From positions 2,668-66,667 of IMG/VR virus record IMGVR_UViG_3300010883_000008: a stretch of DNA of 64,000 nucleotides; one strand, written 5' to 3'. The notes under the pieces were generated by a model, which was given only the letters and a program-made list of their open reading frames with translations, was not told the DNA's origin and ran no database searches. Positions 52,199-62,109 of the stretch are shown in pieces. The translations under genes and the position numbers were made by a program. The DNA comes from a virus (lineage: Duplodnaviria > Heunggongvirae > Uroviricota > Caudoviricetes). The number at the start of each line of letters is the position of its first letter. The first letter of the stretch is position 1.

Positions 52199-53368
52199 TT
52201 AGTTTCCTAGAAGTATCTCACGTATAGCTCGTCGCATTTCTTCGACGTTGCCCATAGCCACGCGGGCGGAACGGAAGGTGGAGGTCACTAGTAGGTGGGT
52301 CTCTTCCAAGATAATCACCCCTTTAGGGGAATCGCTAGGTCCAATATAGTCTCCATAGGTTTTGAAGTCAAAGTGGTCCCCGAGTTGTATCTCAAGTTCC
52401 GAAGTCTCCCCGCGTACCAGTATCAAAGGTCGCTCAGGCGGAGTTATGTCCCCGATTGCTCCGTCTCCCGTAGGGAGGGGTAAAGCGTCGAGTACTTTAG
52501 CCACGGTCACTGCGGCCATGCACTTGAATCCTGTTAAGTCGTCCACACGTAGGCTCCGTGTGGGCACCAAACCTGCGGTGGCATCGAATGCGTGAATACC
52601 GTGCAACGTCGGGTACTGGGCGATTACGTCGTCTGGGTGGGTAACTGAGAACAGCACGTGTCCCGGCACCCCTAACATCCCCGCCATGTGAGCAAAGCCT
52701 GAATCGTTGCCTATGAAGTAGCGACAATTCGAGAGCATCGACAACTGGATGGGAAGGGCCTCAGATTCGTCACTCGCTTTGTGTGAATGTTCGTGAATAA
52801 ACCCGTACTCGTCCGAAGTGCCCAACCAGAGGATACTGGCTCCCCCGACAATCAACCGTTTAGCTACCTCTTCAAATCGAGAGATCGGCCAACGTCGATT
52901 AGGGTTACTCGCTCCGGGGTGAATAGCCACCATGGGGCGACCTTCAAACAGAGTGGGTTGATAGGTCAGTGTAAACTGAGCGGGCCGAATGCTTAGACCA
53001 ATGTGGTCCCCGAACAGCTTGTAGTATTCTCCCTCACGTATTGTTCGGGATGTTGCAATCGCTCCCGAGAAGTCCAGCATGATGTCGAACTTTGATCGGA
53101 CTTGGGCATCGTTTAGTCGTTGGCCCTCCTCAACATAGTCGACCCCTCGAACCAGTCCCATCAAAGCTCCTTGATGGGGCATGACGGACGCCGTGATCTC
53201 ACAGTGATGAAGAGTCTTTAAGGCTTGAGCTACCCCGCCGATCCCCATCAAAACGTCCCCGACTCCCCCGGTATAGTGAAGACAAATCTTCTGACCTTTC
53301 CACGACTCCGGTAGAGTGCGTCGAGGTTCTTTAGGAGCAGCGGCTAAAACTGTGAAAGGTAAAGTCAT
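52199..53368 (-). CDS. glycosyltransferase family 9 (ADP-heptose:LPS heptosyltransferase-like)
   Basis: 389 aa. RYFIGNDSGFAHMAGMLGVPGHVLFSVTHPDD matches the GT9 C-terminal signature GNDSG..H.A.A.G.P...LFG.T.P. Confidence 0.6.
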   Translation of the reverse strand: MTLPFTVLAAAPKEPRRTLPESWKGQKICLHYTGGVGDVLMGIGGVAQALKTLHHCEITASVMPHQGALMGLVRGVDYVEEGQRLNDAQVRSKFDIMLDFSGAIATSRTIREGEYYKLFGDHIGLSIRPAQFTLTYQPTLFEGRPMVAIHPGASNPNRRWPISRFEEVAKRLIVGGASILWLGTSDEYGFIHEHSHKASDESEALPIQLSMLSNCRYFIGNDSGFAHMAGMLGVPGHVLFSVTHPDDVIAQYPTLHGIHAFDATAGLVPTRSLRVDDLTGFKCMAAVTVAKVLDALPLPTGDGAIGDITPPERPLILVRGETSELEIQLGDHFDFKTYGDYIGPSDSPKGVIILEETHLLVTSTFRSARVAMGNVEEMRRAIREILLGN

Positions 53369-53384
53369 GCTAGGTTCCTTAGGT

Positions 53385-53423
53385 ATAGAAAAAGGCCCGA
53401 CTGGCGATTATACCAGCCGAGCC
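53385..53423 (-). terminator. rho-independent terminator downstream of the major capsid gene
   Basis: Minus-strand RNA forms an 11-bp stem (GGCUCGGCUGG/CCAGUCGGGCC, 2 G-U pairs), an 8-nt loop, then UUUUUCUAU. The plus-strand version has C-A and A-C mismatches. Confidence 0.6.
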
Positions 53424-53461
53424 TTGTGTTCACAACTCATTCAGCTTAAGCGTTTGAAGGC

Positions 53462-54481
53462 TTAGCCGGTGTAGTCGGCACCTGACATCGCGACGTTTTT
53501 CGCCAAGATAACCAAGTCTTCGTTCTCAACTTCGCAGTCGATTCGGAAGTGGATAGTGACTTCCCACATATCCTGACGAGGTTTGCGGTCCCACTCGATG
53601 GTGATCTCGCGTTGGACGAAGTAGATCAGGTTGCTCGGAGGAGTCAACCAAACTTCGCTACCATCCGTACCCGCCGAGCCGTAGCTCAAATCTTCGGGCA
53701 TCAGGTAGATTTCTTCCCAAGGAACACCCCAGATGTTAGGGGCAGTACCTTCCGCCATCGAAGCATCGCCTCGGGCGGTTTCTCGGTCGGACCAGTCAAG
53801 CATCAGCTTGTCAGAAGGACCGGAAGGCAAGAGGAACCGGTACTCGGGTTTCGCGACTCGGTATCGCGAAGGAATCTTCCGCTTCATCTCGTAGTAGAGC
53901 AACTTCGAGGGAGCCGCACCCGCAGCATCGATTTGCTGAGCCGCAGGAACTCGATCCTTGAGGATCTTCGAGAAACCATCGTTCACGCCAAGCAAGTTGT
54001 TCTCGTCGGATTGAGCATCGCCAGTAGGCAAAGATGAGTCACCTTCGATCAACGCCAACTCGGTGTCGATAGAGATCCGCTTGCTGAACATGTTCAACAG
54101 CTTGTTACGGACAGCGGATTTCTCGATGTTGTCTTCGAGGAAATCGGTCTTGAGGTCGAACGCCGAACGATACTTCTCGGTATCGTACGTGACGATCCGC
54201 TCAGTCGGGTTGCGAGTACTCGCTTTGGAGGTCGTGTGGGCACCTTCCGTAACGATATTTCCAAGATCCAATTTGTTGATCTCACCCTTGGGGTGGTCAA
54301 CTTTCTTTGTGCGAATCATTTTCAACAGCTTCGACGTATTGACAACAAGGTCAATAAACGCATCGGCTTGCTGACGATTCAACACACTATTCGGCAAGGA
54401 AGTGTCGTCAATAGCAGACTTGCTAATGAGTTCTTCCAAAGGTAGTTTGACAGCAACGTCCATGGTATTTTCTCTCTTCAA
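53462..54481 (-). CDS. major capsid protein (HK97-fold), putative
   Basis: 339 aa. Sits between the scaffold/protease gene and the tail module. Strong terminator downstream. Confidence 0.6.
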   Translation of the reverse strand: MKRENTMDVAVKLPLEELISKSAIDDTSLPNSVLNRQQADAFIDLVVNTSKLLKMIRTKKVDHPKGEINKLDLGNIVTEGAHTTSKASTRNPTERIVTYDTEKYRSAFDLKTDFLEDNIEKSAVRNKLLNMFSKRISIDTELALIEGDSSLPTGDAQSDENNLLGVNDGFSKILKDRVPAAQQIDAAGAAPSKLLYYEMKRKIPSRYRVAKPEYRFLLPSGPSDKLMLDWSDRETARGDASMAEGTAPNIWGVPWEEIYLMPEDLSYGSAGTDGSEVWLTPPSNLIYFVQREITIEWDRKPRQDMWEVTIHFRIDCEVENEDLVILAKNVAMSGADYTG

Positions 54482-54538
54482 GAAGACTAGGTGTTTTCAC
54501 GATTCCGGGCTGGTGGGTTCCTCAGAAATCGACTCAGA

Positions 54539-55618
54539 TTAGAAGGGCCAGAGACCACTTCCATTAAAGACGGCATTCGGGTCAGCAGCTTCGTCAGCGG
54601 CCTTCTTCTCGATAGCAATCTTTTCGTCGCGGTCCTCTACCACAGGAGTGGACTTTGCCACAGCCGTAGCCGATTTCTGGACATCTTCGACTTGCTTGGA
54701 CACAGCCAATAGGCCCGTCGCAAGCTGGTTCAACGTGTCGTTGACACTTGCCAAGTCGGCAGTCTTTGCAGTTTCCGTTTTCCCGGTTTCCGTTTCCGTA
54801 GTCTCATCGGTGTTGTCACCGTCAGGCTTAACCGCTTTGGGCTCTGCCAGTACGGCCAGTGTTTCAGCGGACTTTTGAGTCACTTCCGCTAGAGTTTTCA
54901 TGGTATCAGTGAGAGCTTCAAACGTCGGCTTGAGGCCATCAACAACAGCCGTGGCAGTAGCCGCAGCTACTTGATCCAAAGCGTTAGCTTGTTCGGTTTT
55001 CTTCTCGGCTTCGGCGGTTTTAGCAGCGTCAGCTTTTTTCGCGTCTTCGGCGGTTTTAGCAGCAGCATCGGCAACAGCTTTATCCGCAGCTTTTTTTACA
55101 TCGTCCTTAGTGAGGGATGTATCGGCCATTTCGTTCTCCTCGGAATTAAGTGTAGCGGAGGCAACCGCCTGTTTTGCAACGTCAGTGAGTTCTTGGAGCC
55201 AAGTGATCTGCCCCGGGCCGGATGTATCTTGCGTGACACCGGCCACGAAGAACACGCCTGAGTTCATTTTAGCTCGAACAAAAGTCTCAGCCCGAAACTT
55301 ACGTTCATTCTGGACACACACCCACGTAGAGTCGGCATCTCGAATATGTTCGTGTTGTAGTTTGCGTGACTTGAGATACTCGACGGCTTCTCCCTCAGAC
55401 GAAAAATGCGTTTTGTCTAACATCACATGCGAGAGGATCATAGGATCTCCATCGGCAGATTTTGCTACGACAAACGTCGAGGAGGGATTATCTGGAACAT
55501 TGACCAAGCTGATCTCATAGAGATCGATGTTGGTTAGCATCCGTTGGACGCCAGTTTCTACAGCCTTATACTCTACACGGACAAGTCCTCGCCAAGAGAA
55601 GGCTTGTAACTTGCCCAA
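54539..55618 (-). CDS. prohead protease / scaffold fusion, putative
   Basis: 359 aa. N-terminal approximately 150 aa globular domain. C-terminal approximately 170 aa Ala/Lys/Glu/Thr-rich coiled coil typical of scaffolding proteins. Confidence 0.45.
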   Translation of the reverse strand: MGKLQAFSWRGLVRVEYKAVETGVQRMLTNIDLYEISLVNVPDNPSSTFVVAKSADGDPMILSHVMLDKTHFSSEGEAVEYLKSRKLQHEHIRDADSTWVCVQNERKFRAETFVRAKMNSGVFFVAGVTQDTSGPGQITWLQELTDVAKQAVASATLNSEENEMADTSLTKDDVKKAADKAVADAAAKTAEDAKKADAAKTAEAEKKTEQANALDQVAAATATAVVDGLKPTFEALTDTMKTLAEVTQKSAETLAVLAEPKAVKPDGDNTDETTETETGKTETAKTADLASVNDTLNQLATGLLAVSKQVEDVQKSATAVAKSTPVVEDRDEKIAIEKKAADEAADPNAVFNGSGLWPF

Positions 55619-55746
55619 TTCAACTTCTCGCCAAACGTCGTCCTCCGTTACTTTCGCAACGATGAACAGTCCTCGGTCGCCCGCCTTTAGAGCAGGGACC
55701 TTTTGTTTGGGAAATGTATCAACTTGATCGCCCGTTTGGGCGTCAA

Positions 55747-56043
55747 CTATTCCCAGTCCTCATCGCTGCCGATGTCGGCCAACTTAGCGACGAAAAGCTG
55801 TTCGGGAACACCCACACTAATCTCGTTATCCATCGGGTCTTTCCAGAACCGGTGGTTAACTAGCAGCGTTGGAGCCGCCATGAACTGCTCAATGTTGAAT
55901 TCTTCGGGAGCAACAAGATCCTTGCTGCGGTCGATGGATTCAACCGAGGCGAAACCCTTAACTCGCTGCTCAGTACCCGTAACTAGGATGACTGGGGCAG
56001 CAAGATTCAGAAGTTCTCGCGTAGTTCCGATTTTTGTGGGCAT
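55747..56043 (-). CDS. hypothetical head-module protein
   Basis: 98-aa ORF. Confidence 0.35.
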   Translation of the reverse strand: MPTKIGTTRELLNLAAPVILVTGTEQRVKGFASVESIDRSKDLVAPEEFNIEQFMAAPTLLVNHRFWKDPMDNEISVGVPEQLFVAKLADIGSDEDWE

Positions 56044-56062
56044 GGTTATTCCTTAATCATCA

Positions 56063-56091
56063 AATCTTACACAATCTGAAAAACTTGTCAA
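56063..56091 (-). promoter_or_regulatory. sigma70-like promoter candidate (TTGACA-17-AAGATT with upstream TG)
   Basis: Perfect -35 on the minus strand (56086-56091). The -10 is weak. The palindrome copy at 56111-56132 is centred about 65 nt upstream of the predicted transcription start. Confidence 0.3.
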
Positions 56092-56110
56092 GTCGAAGGT
56101 CTAGTTTCAG

Positions 56111-56132
56111 CCAGTGCAATCGATTGCACAAG
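56111..56132. repeat. palindrome family copy, 22-mer: CCAGTGCAATCGATTGCACAAG
   Basis: Identical 22-mer to the copy at 62880-62901. It lies in an 89-nt intergenic gap. Confidence 0.9.
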
Positions 56133-57053
56133 CTAAAAGCCGAAAGCGTCCGTCAATCCGGAACTTAAATACGGCCCACTGGAACCCTCCCAAGGATCTA
56201 ACATGTCGAGGTCTATGAGGTTGAAAGTCATACTGCATCGGCAGTTGACCGATAATACTCCGTCCCCCGGGTGCATCTGACCTGAGGGGAAAGGTTCATA
56301 GATAGGGACGTAACCCGCTATGGAGTTATCCACATGTTGAAATCTTACCCGATTATCTCCAACTGTCAACCACGACTTTGACCTAATCCCTGACCGGAAC
56401 CCTTGGTCAAACAGTCCCGAGTTAACCCCCGACTGTATCTCAGTTAGAGCAAGTTTCTTAGATTGCCGCAAGGGGATATTCTTGGCCGAGGCCAAAACTG
56501 TGGCGACTTCTTCCGGAGTTTCCCCCCGAAAGTACAGCCTGTCAACGATCAGGCGTCGAGCATCCTCAACCACTGTGGAGGTCACCCGGCGACCAAACTT
56601 GAGAGTCCGTGACTGCATATGAAACAGTAACGTAGGATCGCGTAGCTCAAAAGCTGTTTTTCCCGAGGTCTCACCCGGTCGCATCGTGAAAAGATGCAAG
56701 CCTGTGATAGCCCCCATGCGATAGGCTTCGGGATGTATCTTACTATGCACCCCCATCGTCCGGGTTTCAAACGATGAATTCTCTTGGGCCGTAAAGACTT
56801 CCGAGGCGATAGCATTCACATTTGCATGAGCGAGTGCCCTGCGTTCTCGGCGGGGCATCGAGGCATGCCTATGATGAAAGGCGTGACGAGCTATCCGTTG
56901 AAGATAACCCCCACTCCTCATCTGATCCGACAACTCCCGAAACCAATCCGCCTGAATGCGTTGATACGCCCGAGCCGCCTGGAGTTCCAAGTTCATTCGG
57001 TTTAGGCTGGAGGCTAGTCGAAGTTGGAATTCTTCCTGCACATCGAGGGACAT
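56133..57053 (-). CDS. minor head / head morphogenesis protein, by position
   Basis: 306 aa, immediately downstream of the portal gene. Confidence 0.4.
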   Translation of the reverse strand: MSLDVQEEFQLRLASSLNRMNLELQAARAYQRIQADWFRELSDQMRSGGYLQRIARHAFHHRHASMPRRERRALAHANVNAIASEVFTAQENSSFETRTMGVHSKIHPEAYRMGAITGLHLFTMRPGETSGKTAFELRDPTLLFHMQSRTLKFGRRVTSTVVEDARRLIVDRLYFRGETPEEVATVLASAKNIPLRQSKKLALTEIQSGVNSGLFDQGFRSGIRSKSWLTVGDNRVRFQHVDNSIAGYVPIYEPFPSGQMHPGDGVLSVNCRCSMTFNLIDLDMLDPWEGSSGPYLSSGLTDAFGF

Positions 57054-57055
57054 GC

Positions 57056-58993
57056 TTAGCCTTTCTTAGGTTTAGGCTTGCCCAGTTTTCCAGCCCCGCC
57101 ACCCGTGGGACCTTGCCGTCGACCCTCTTGAGCTTTAGCGGATGCTTGAGCTTTCGCACCCTTATCCTTCACACCTTGAGCGGCATTAGCTCCTTCATCC
57201 TTTACACCCTGCATGGTTTTATCCATGACGGACTGTTGTTTCAGACCTTCGATTTCGTCCTCCATCGCCTGGATGTTTTCGGACTTCATTTCGTCAATCT
57301 CGTCAAGGAAGATTAGACCCCCAGTGGTGTTGAGGAATGGGCGATCTCCGCCTTCCACCGCGTCCCCAAGTTGTCCACGCTTCTTAGCTTGATTGATCGA
57401 CAGTAATCCTTTGTCCACATACGCGATCAAGATATCTTTCTCCGCCGTGCGGTCCCGGATATCTAGGGGTGTATGGTGCATAGCAACCAACTTGACACCC
57501 AGACCTAAGCGGAACAGTCTATTGATGCACCCATCCCACCGTCGTTGGCATGGAGATACTATGCGATCTTTGTAGATTTCCGCTTGGCTCAAACCCTTAC
57601 CCGAGCCGAGTTCGCTAGACTCCGAGATACCGATGATAGCTGGACTGACACCGTGGGAGGTCATGATACCTTGGGCACCCGACTTACGGGTTTCAAGGAA
57701 TGAGCCTTCACGTTGGTCCGCGTCCAGTTTCTCAAACCGTACGGTCACTTCTCCCCGCAAAGCAGGCACGGGAATGATAAGCGTCTTATGCGGTTTACCT
57801 TTCACGTGAGTCGAGAAGTATTCCGCGATCATTCGCTTAACAGGATCAGCGACCTTAGCACCTTCGATGATGACAGCATATCGAGGGACTGTATTATGCT
57901 CAAAGTATTGCAGCAAGAAATCACGAATCTGTACGTTAGCTAGGAGGTGTCCCAAGGCGGGAACTATGTCCGGCATTCCGTAGTAGATCGTATTCGAGTG
58001 CAGCTTAGGTATGTAGACGATCTCGTTGGCAGATTGGTTGAAGTCTTTTGTAGGCTTGCCCGTCTCCCGATGGATCATCTTCCAATCGATCTTGGAGTTA
58101 GACATATCCAGTTCCCCATCCGTTAGGGGACTATAGGGGCGGAACCCACCGGGTTCTTCTTTGTCCACAACCTGGATTTTGTTCCCGAACAGTTGGTAGT
58201 ATCGGAATTTGGTTGGCGACAGGATCTCGACAAAGCCTTTCCAGCCTTTCAAAACCCGTAACCGGGAGGCGGGTAGGTGATTGATTTTACGGACTTTACC
58301 GTCTCGTGATCGGATGATCTCAACGACCCCCCAACCGATACTTTCGTAGTCCATACAGGCTTTAGACAGAACACCTTCAAACCCAATGATTGGGTGGCTA
58401 TCCTGAATGAAGTTTCGGATAAGCCCGATCTCCTCAGCCGCAGCTTTTTGTTGGGCGGTTTTATCGGTCTCTTTGTTACTTTGAGTGGGATCGTGATCCG
58501 TACCATCCTCAGATTGGACAGCTTCGATTTTGTATTCCCGACCGACCGAGTCAGTTACCTTGGTCTGGACGCATCGATAGTGAGTTTCCTCAACCTCCAA
58601 AAAGGCCGACAGGATCTCAGGGGGGTATGGGGGAGGTACAACCTTGATAGCACTTAGACCCAAATCCTCATCCGGGTCCACGTCCCGAAGCTCCTTCTTG
58701 CTTTGAGTCGAACCGTCAATGGACTTAGCCACTACTTCGAGTTCAGGGTGGGGAGCCTTATGCGGAGAATCCGCGTCAAGAGCAATGCGGTCTGAATCAA
58801 AGCATCGCATGGACATCTTGGCAATATCTGCCATGATATCGTCCGAGGATACAACCGTATCTTCGGCCCCCGCAATGAACACCTCTTCAATAGTAGGGAT
58901 CTCCTTGTCAGGGGAGTCCGCAAACTTCTCCATCATAGCCACAATAGGGTGGTCTTCTGACAGGCGTTCTACATCATCTTTGTCGTGAGCCAT
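57056..58993 (-). CDS. portal protein
   Basis: 645 aa, immediately downstream of the large terminase gene. Gly/Lys-rich C-terminal tail. Confidence 0.6.
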   Translation of the reverse strand: MAHDKDDVERLSEDHPIVAMMEKFADSPDKEIPTIEEVFIAGAEDTVVSSDDIMADIAKMSMRCFDSDRIALDADSPHKAPHPELEVVAKSIDGSTQSKKELRDVDPDEDLGLSAIKVVPPPYPPEILSAFLEVEETHYRCVQTKVTDSVGREYKIEAVQSEDGTDHDPTQSNKETDKTAQQKAAAEEIGLIRNFIQDSHPIIGFEGVLSKACMDYESIGWGVVEIIRSRDGKVRKINHLPASRLRVLKGWKGFVEILSPTKFRYYQLFGNKIQVVDKEEPGGFRPYSPLTDGELDMSNSKIDWKMIHRETGKPTKDFNQSANEIVYIPKLHSNTIYYGMPDIVPALGHLLANVQIRDFLLQYFEHNTVPRYAVIIEGAKVADPVKRMIAEYFSTHVKGKPHKTLIIPVPALRGEVTVRFEKLDADQREGSFLETRKSGAQGIMTSHGVSPAIIGISESSELGSGKGLSQAEIYKDRIVSPCQRRWDGCINRLFRLGLGVKLVAMHHTPLDIRDRTAEKDILIAYVDKGLLSINQAKKRGQLGDAVEGGDRPFLNTTGGLIFLDEIDEMKSENIQAMEDEIEGLKQQSVMDKTMQGVKDEGANAAQGVKDKGAKAQASAKAQEGRRQGPTGGGAGKLGKPKPKKG

Positions 58994-60697
58994 TTATCCG
59001 ATCCAAACATCTGAGATTTCGGTCTCTAGAATGATTTGATGTGCGAGCAGATCATACGAGTCGGCGTGACGTTGGTGATCTTTGCACTTCGACCATTCAA
59101 ATTTAAGGTTGCCCTTAGTATCCTCAACGACTTTACGGACAGGTCCGCACATTTCTGCCGTCCACTGTCCTTCAAGTATCGAGTTATAATTTTCGGGAAG
59201 TATTACTTTCCCTCGTCGTAGTGCCGCAAACGACCGGTCTAGACATTCAGTTCGATCCACGTTAATGATTCGATCTCGAACGTCATAATTCTTCCGGCGA
59301 TCTGCACCCTCTCCGCGATAGCGGCAAAGCCACACAGCACAAGGGGCAGTTTCTTGGAAGTCCTGAACGAGTGTGATCTCCGGCATAGAGTCCACAACCG
59401 CGTACTCTACATTGTACCGTTCGATCAGATCGTTAACTTCGTCAAGTTCTTTAAGTTTCCCAACGTAAATCAGCCTCCGAACCCCGCGAGGTTCCAACGC
59501 CGATATCCTAACGTCGAAAACACCCCCTATGTCCATTCCCAGCGAGCAGGGACCGTCATGACGATCATCTTCGATGTGGGCACAGGTATCCTTAATTACA
59601 AGGTTATACCCTTCTTCGACCGATCTGTCAAGAAGTTCAGTCGTAACCTTATTTCCGGATGCATTATAGGGGAGCCCTAAGTACGAGTTATAGAACACCT
59701 GCATCAAGGCAGGGTCCGTAACTGCATCAAGGAACTTTTGCCACATCTCCGACACCGAGTTGATCGGGGAGCAAAGCATCGAGATATGGTAGCCTTCGAT
59801 GTCACAATCTGGGACTAACGCCCGCCATTCCCCGCGAGGACTAGCCCGCTCCAACTCGCCCCCGCAGTCGGGGCAGATGCATTTCACTTCACGTCGACAT
59901 CCGGGTTCCCAATCTTTGTCCCGCAATCGATAGTCTACGATGTTACCATCCCTATCGGTGATATCTTCTACGACTACTTTGAACCAGTCAAGGTCGTGAT
60001 AGTTGTCACAGGCTAGGCAGGGAACGAACCACTTACGTTGATCGGACTTTTGATAGAAAGCATTGATACCCTTGCCCGAAAGTTTCGGGTTGCCCAGGTA
60101 TCGTTTGAACTGGTATCGAGAAGCTCGCAACCGGTCCAACGCGTATTCTACGTTCTCTTGGTCGCATTCGTCCACTTCTTCTACGAAGATGCAATCTGCG
60201 GGGAATTCCTTAAAGTCGGCAAGGACGTTCGACCCCACATACTTAATGACGCCTTTTCCAAAAGACTTAATCGCCACAGAGTCAAAGAACCCTTCGCCCA
60301 CAATTCGCTTGTATTCGGGGATGGTTGCACAGGGTCGGTTGACTCGGTTCTGGACATAGGTAGTACGCATCTCATATTTGGGTAGGACAAAGAAGACTGA
60401 GAGTCCCGCCATTGCACAGGATAGCTGATCAATTACAGCCCACTCAGACTTGAACGATTGTACCGAACCTTGTAGCACGATTACCCTAGCCGTAGAGTTA
60501 TACAACTCCTTGATATGCGGGTAGTGCGTAAAGTCCATCTTCTCACCACGCGTATTCTGGTGGTGATTCAATGCGAAGTCTTGCCGGATTTCCCGGATCT
60601 TCATCAACTTCTCATAGACCATCAACTCACGGCGGTCAGAAAACGGAAGTAGATCGGAGGGTTCTCCGCCTTCGGCAAGTTCCAGTTCGTCAGGCAT
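58994..60697 (-). CDS. terminase large subunit
   Basis: 567 aa. N-terminal ATPase (QGSVQSFKS, FVEEVDECD) and C-terminal nuclease-like region. Flanked by HTH small-terminase-like and portal genes. Confidence 0.7.
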   Translation of the reverse strand: MPDELELAEGGEPSDLLPFSDRRELMVYEKLMKIREIRQDFALNHHQNTRGEKMDFTHYPHIKELYNSTARVIVLQGSVQSFKSEWAVIDQLSCAMAGLSVFFVLPKYEMRTTYVQNRVNRPCATIPEYKRIVGEGFFDSVAIKSFGKGVIKYVGSNVLADFKEFPADCIFVEEVDECDQENVEYALDRLRASRYQFKRYLGNPKLSGKGINAFYQKSDQRKWFVPCLACDNYHDLDWFKVVVEDITDRDGNIVDYRLRDKDWEPGCRREVKCICPDCGGELERASPRGEWRALVPDCDIEGYHISMLCSPINSVSEMWQKFLDAVTDPALMQVFYNSYLGLPYNASGNKVTTELLDRSVEEGYNLVIKDTCAHIEDDRHDGPCSLGMDIGGVFDVRISALEPRGVRRLIYVGKLKELDEVNDLIERYNVEYAVVDSMPEITLVQDFQETAPCAVWLCRYRGEGADRRKNYDVRDRIINVDRTECLDRSFAALRRGKVILPENYNSILEGQWTAEMCGPVRKVVEDTKGNLKFEWSKCKDHQRHADSYDLLAHQIILETEISDVWIG

Positions 60698-61335
60698 TAG
60701 ATTCTACGTCCTCGTTTGATTAACTCGTTGATGTCCTTGAGGATTTCCTCTTCCGACCGATCATCCGGGTGCTTCTCAACAACTTCTGCGGAGTCGTCAC
60801 CTTTAAGGGTGTGGAAGATTTTCTCGGCTTCCTTAGGAATAATGCCCGTATCCTTCATCAGGTCCACAGCCAATTTCTCAGCTTTCAAGGCCCCTTCCAG
60901 CATACGTTGCTTGTTTTGATCGTTGCCCTTAGAGGCTTCCCGGGTGATAGCTCCCGTATCGGGGTCTACCGTAGCGGCCCCTGCCCCGGATTGGTTAGCC
61001 TCAAACATGAAGATATCTCGACACCGTCGCATGAAGATTAGCGACTCTGCGATGATATCCGCAGCAGGCTTGTTCTCCATGCCTTGGCGGTGGATTTTAA
61101 CGCCTTGATCCAGCAGTCGGTAAACAGTACTACTAGAGACTCCGTAGAAAGCCGCGATGCTTTTAACTGGCATACCGTTCATACGGTTCATCCAGACAGC
61201 TTCACATTTCTCCTCGGTAGTCATCGTACTTAGACGTTTACCGTAGACCTTCTCATCTTCCGAAGGTGTATCTACCTCCGGATCACGAGGGGTCGAAGTA
61301 TCGTCTAACGATTCCAGAATATCGAGTATGCCCAT
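60697..61335 (-). CDS. terminase small subunit-like HTH protein
   Basis: 212 aa. HTH MPVKSIAAFYGVSSSTVYRLLDQG. Sits directly upstream of the large terminase gene. Confidence 0.5.
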   Translation of the reverse strand: MGILDILESLDDTSTPRDPEVDTPSEDEKVYGKRLSTMTTEEKCEAVWMNRMNGMPVKSIAAFYGVSSSTVYRLLDQGVKIHRQGMENKPAADIIAESLIFMRRCRDIFMFEANQSGAGAATVDPDTGAITREASKGNDQNKQRMLEGALKAEKLAVDLMKDTGIIPKEAEKIFHTLKGDDSAEVVEKHPDDRSEEEILKDINELIKRGRRI

Positions 61336-61360
61336 ATCTTAACCTCCAAGGGTACACAGG

Positions 61361-62107
61361 TTAGGATACGGCGGGTTCGATAATAGTCTTGAAGAAATCA
61401 GTAACGTTCCCACCATCCGTTCGGACCTTGTCACTGATTTTACGTACGAGCTTGGATAGATCGTCGTCACACAAGACCATCATATGAGTCTTCCCCTTAT
61501 AAGAGAAGATCATATAGCCTTGATCGAGAGTGTCCCCGAAAGACGAGAAGATCTCGTTGATTACGTCACTCAGCCCGTCAATAATGTGCTTGTCGCGGTC
61601 AACTTCGGCCATCAGTCCATCGAGGAACGATTTGTCTTTAGGATCAGCCCGCTCAATAAGTTGCTTATCCATAAGAGTTTCATTCTCGAAACCCATTAGT
61701 CGAGCCATCTCTTCCCGAGGTATCACCCCCGAGAGACCTTCGACCAAGTCCGTAAATTTCCGCTTATCTAATTCGCCCGAGAGCATGTTCTTACGCATGG
61801 TCTGGGTTTTTTGTTTTACTTCGTCCCAATCCTTGATGATGCAGGGTAGTTGAGGTTGGCCCTCAGCTACAGATACCCGCCAACGATGCTCACCGCTGAT
61901 AATCCGGTAGTGATCCCCATCCGGCCAGTCTTCTTCATGAGCATCCGTCAATAGGGGACAGACTACAAGGGCGTGATCAAAACCCTCTTGCACAATCTCG
62001 TCCGCGAGCATGTTAAATACTTCGTCAGATTGACTGTTAGGGTTCCAAGGATTCGCATGTAAATGCGACACTGGGATAAGTACAGGTTCGAGTATCTCAA
62101 AGGGCAT
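61361..62107 (-). CDS. ParB-like nuclease domain protein with HTH
   Basis: 248 aa. Box I LIPVSHLHANPWNPN and box II IISGEHRWRVSVAEG (ParB GERRxRA). HTH-like IPREEMARLMGFENETLMDKQL. Confidence 0.6.
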   Translation of the reverse strand: MPFEILEPVLIPVSHLHANPWNPNSQSDEVFNMLADEIVQEGFDHALVVCPLLTDAHEEDWPDGDHYRIISGEHRWRVSVAEGQPQLPCIIKDWDEVKQKTQTMRKNMLSGELDKRKFTDLVEGLSGVIPREEMARLMGFENETLMDKQLIERADPKDKSFLDGLMAEVDRDKHIIDGLSDVINEIFSSFGDTLDQGYMIFSYKGKTHMMVLCDDDLSKLVRKISDKVRTDGGNVTDFFKTIIEPAVS

Positions 62108-62109
62108 GT

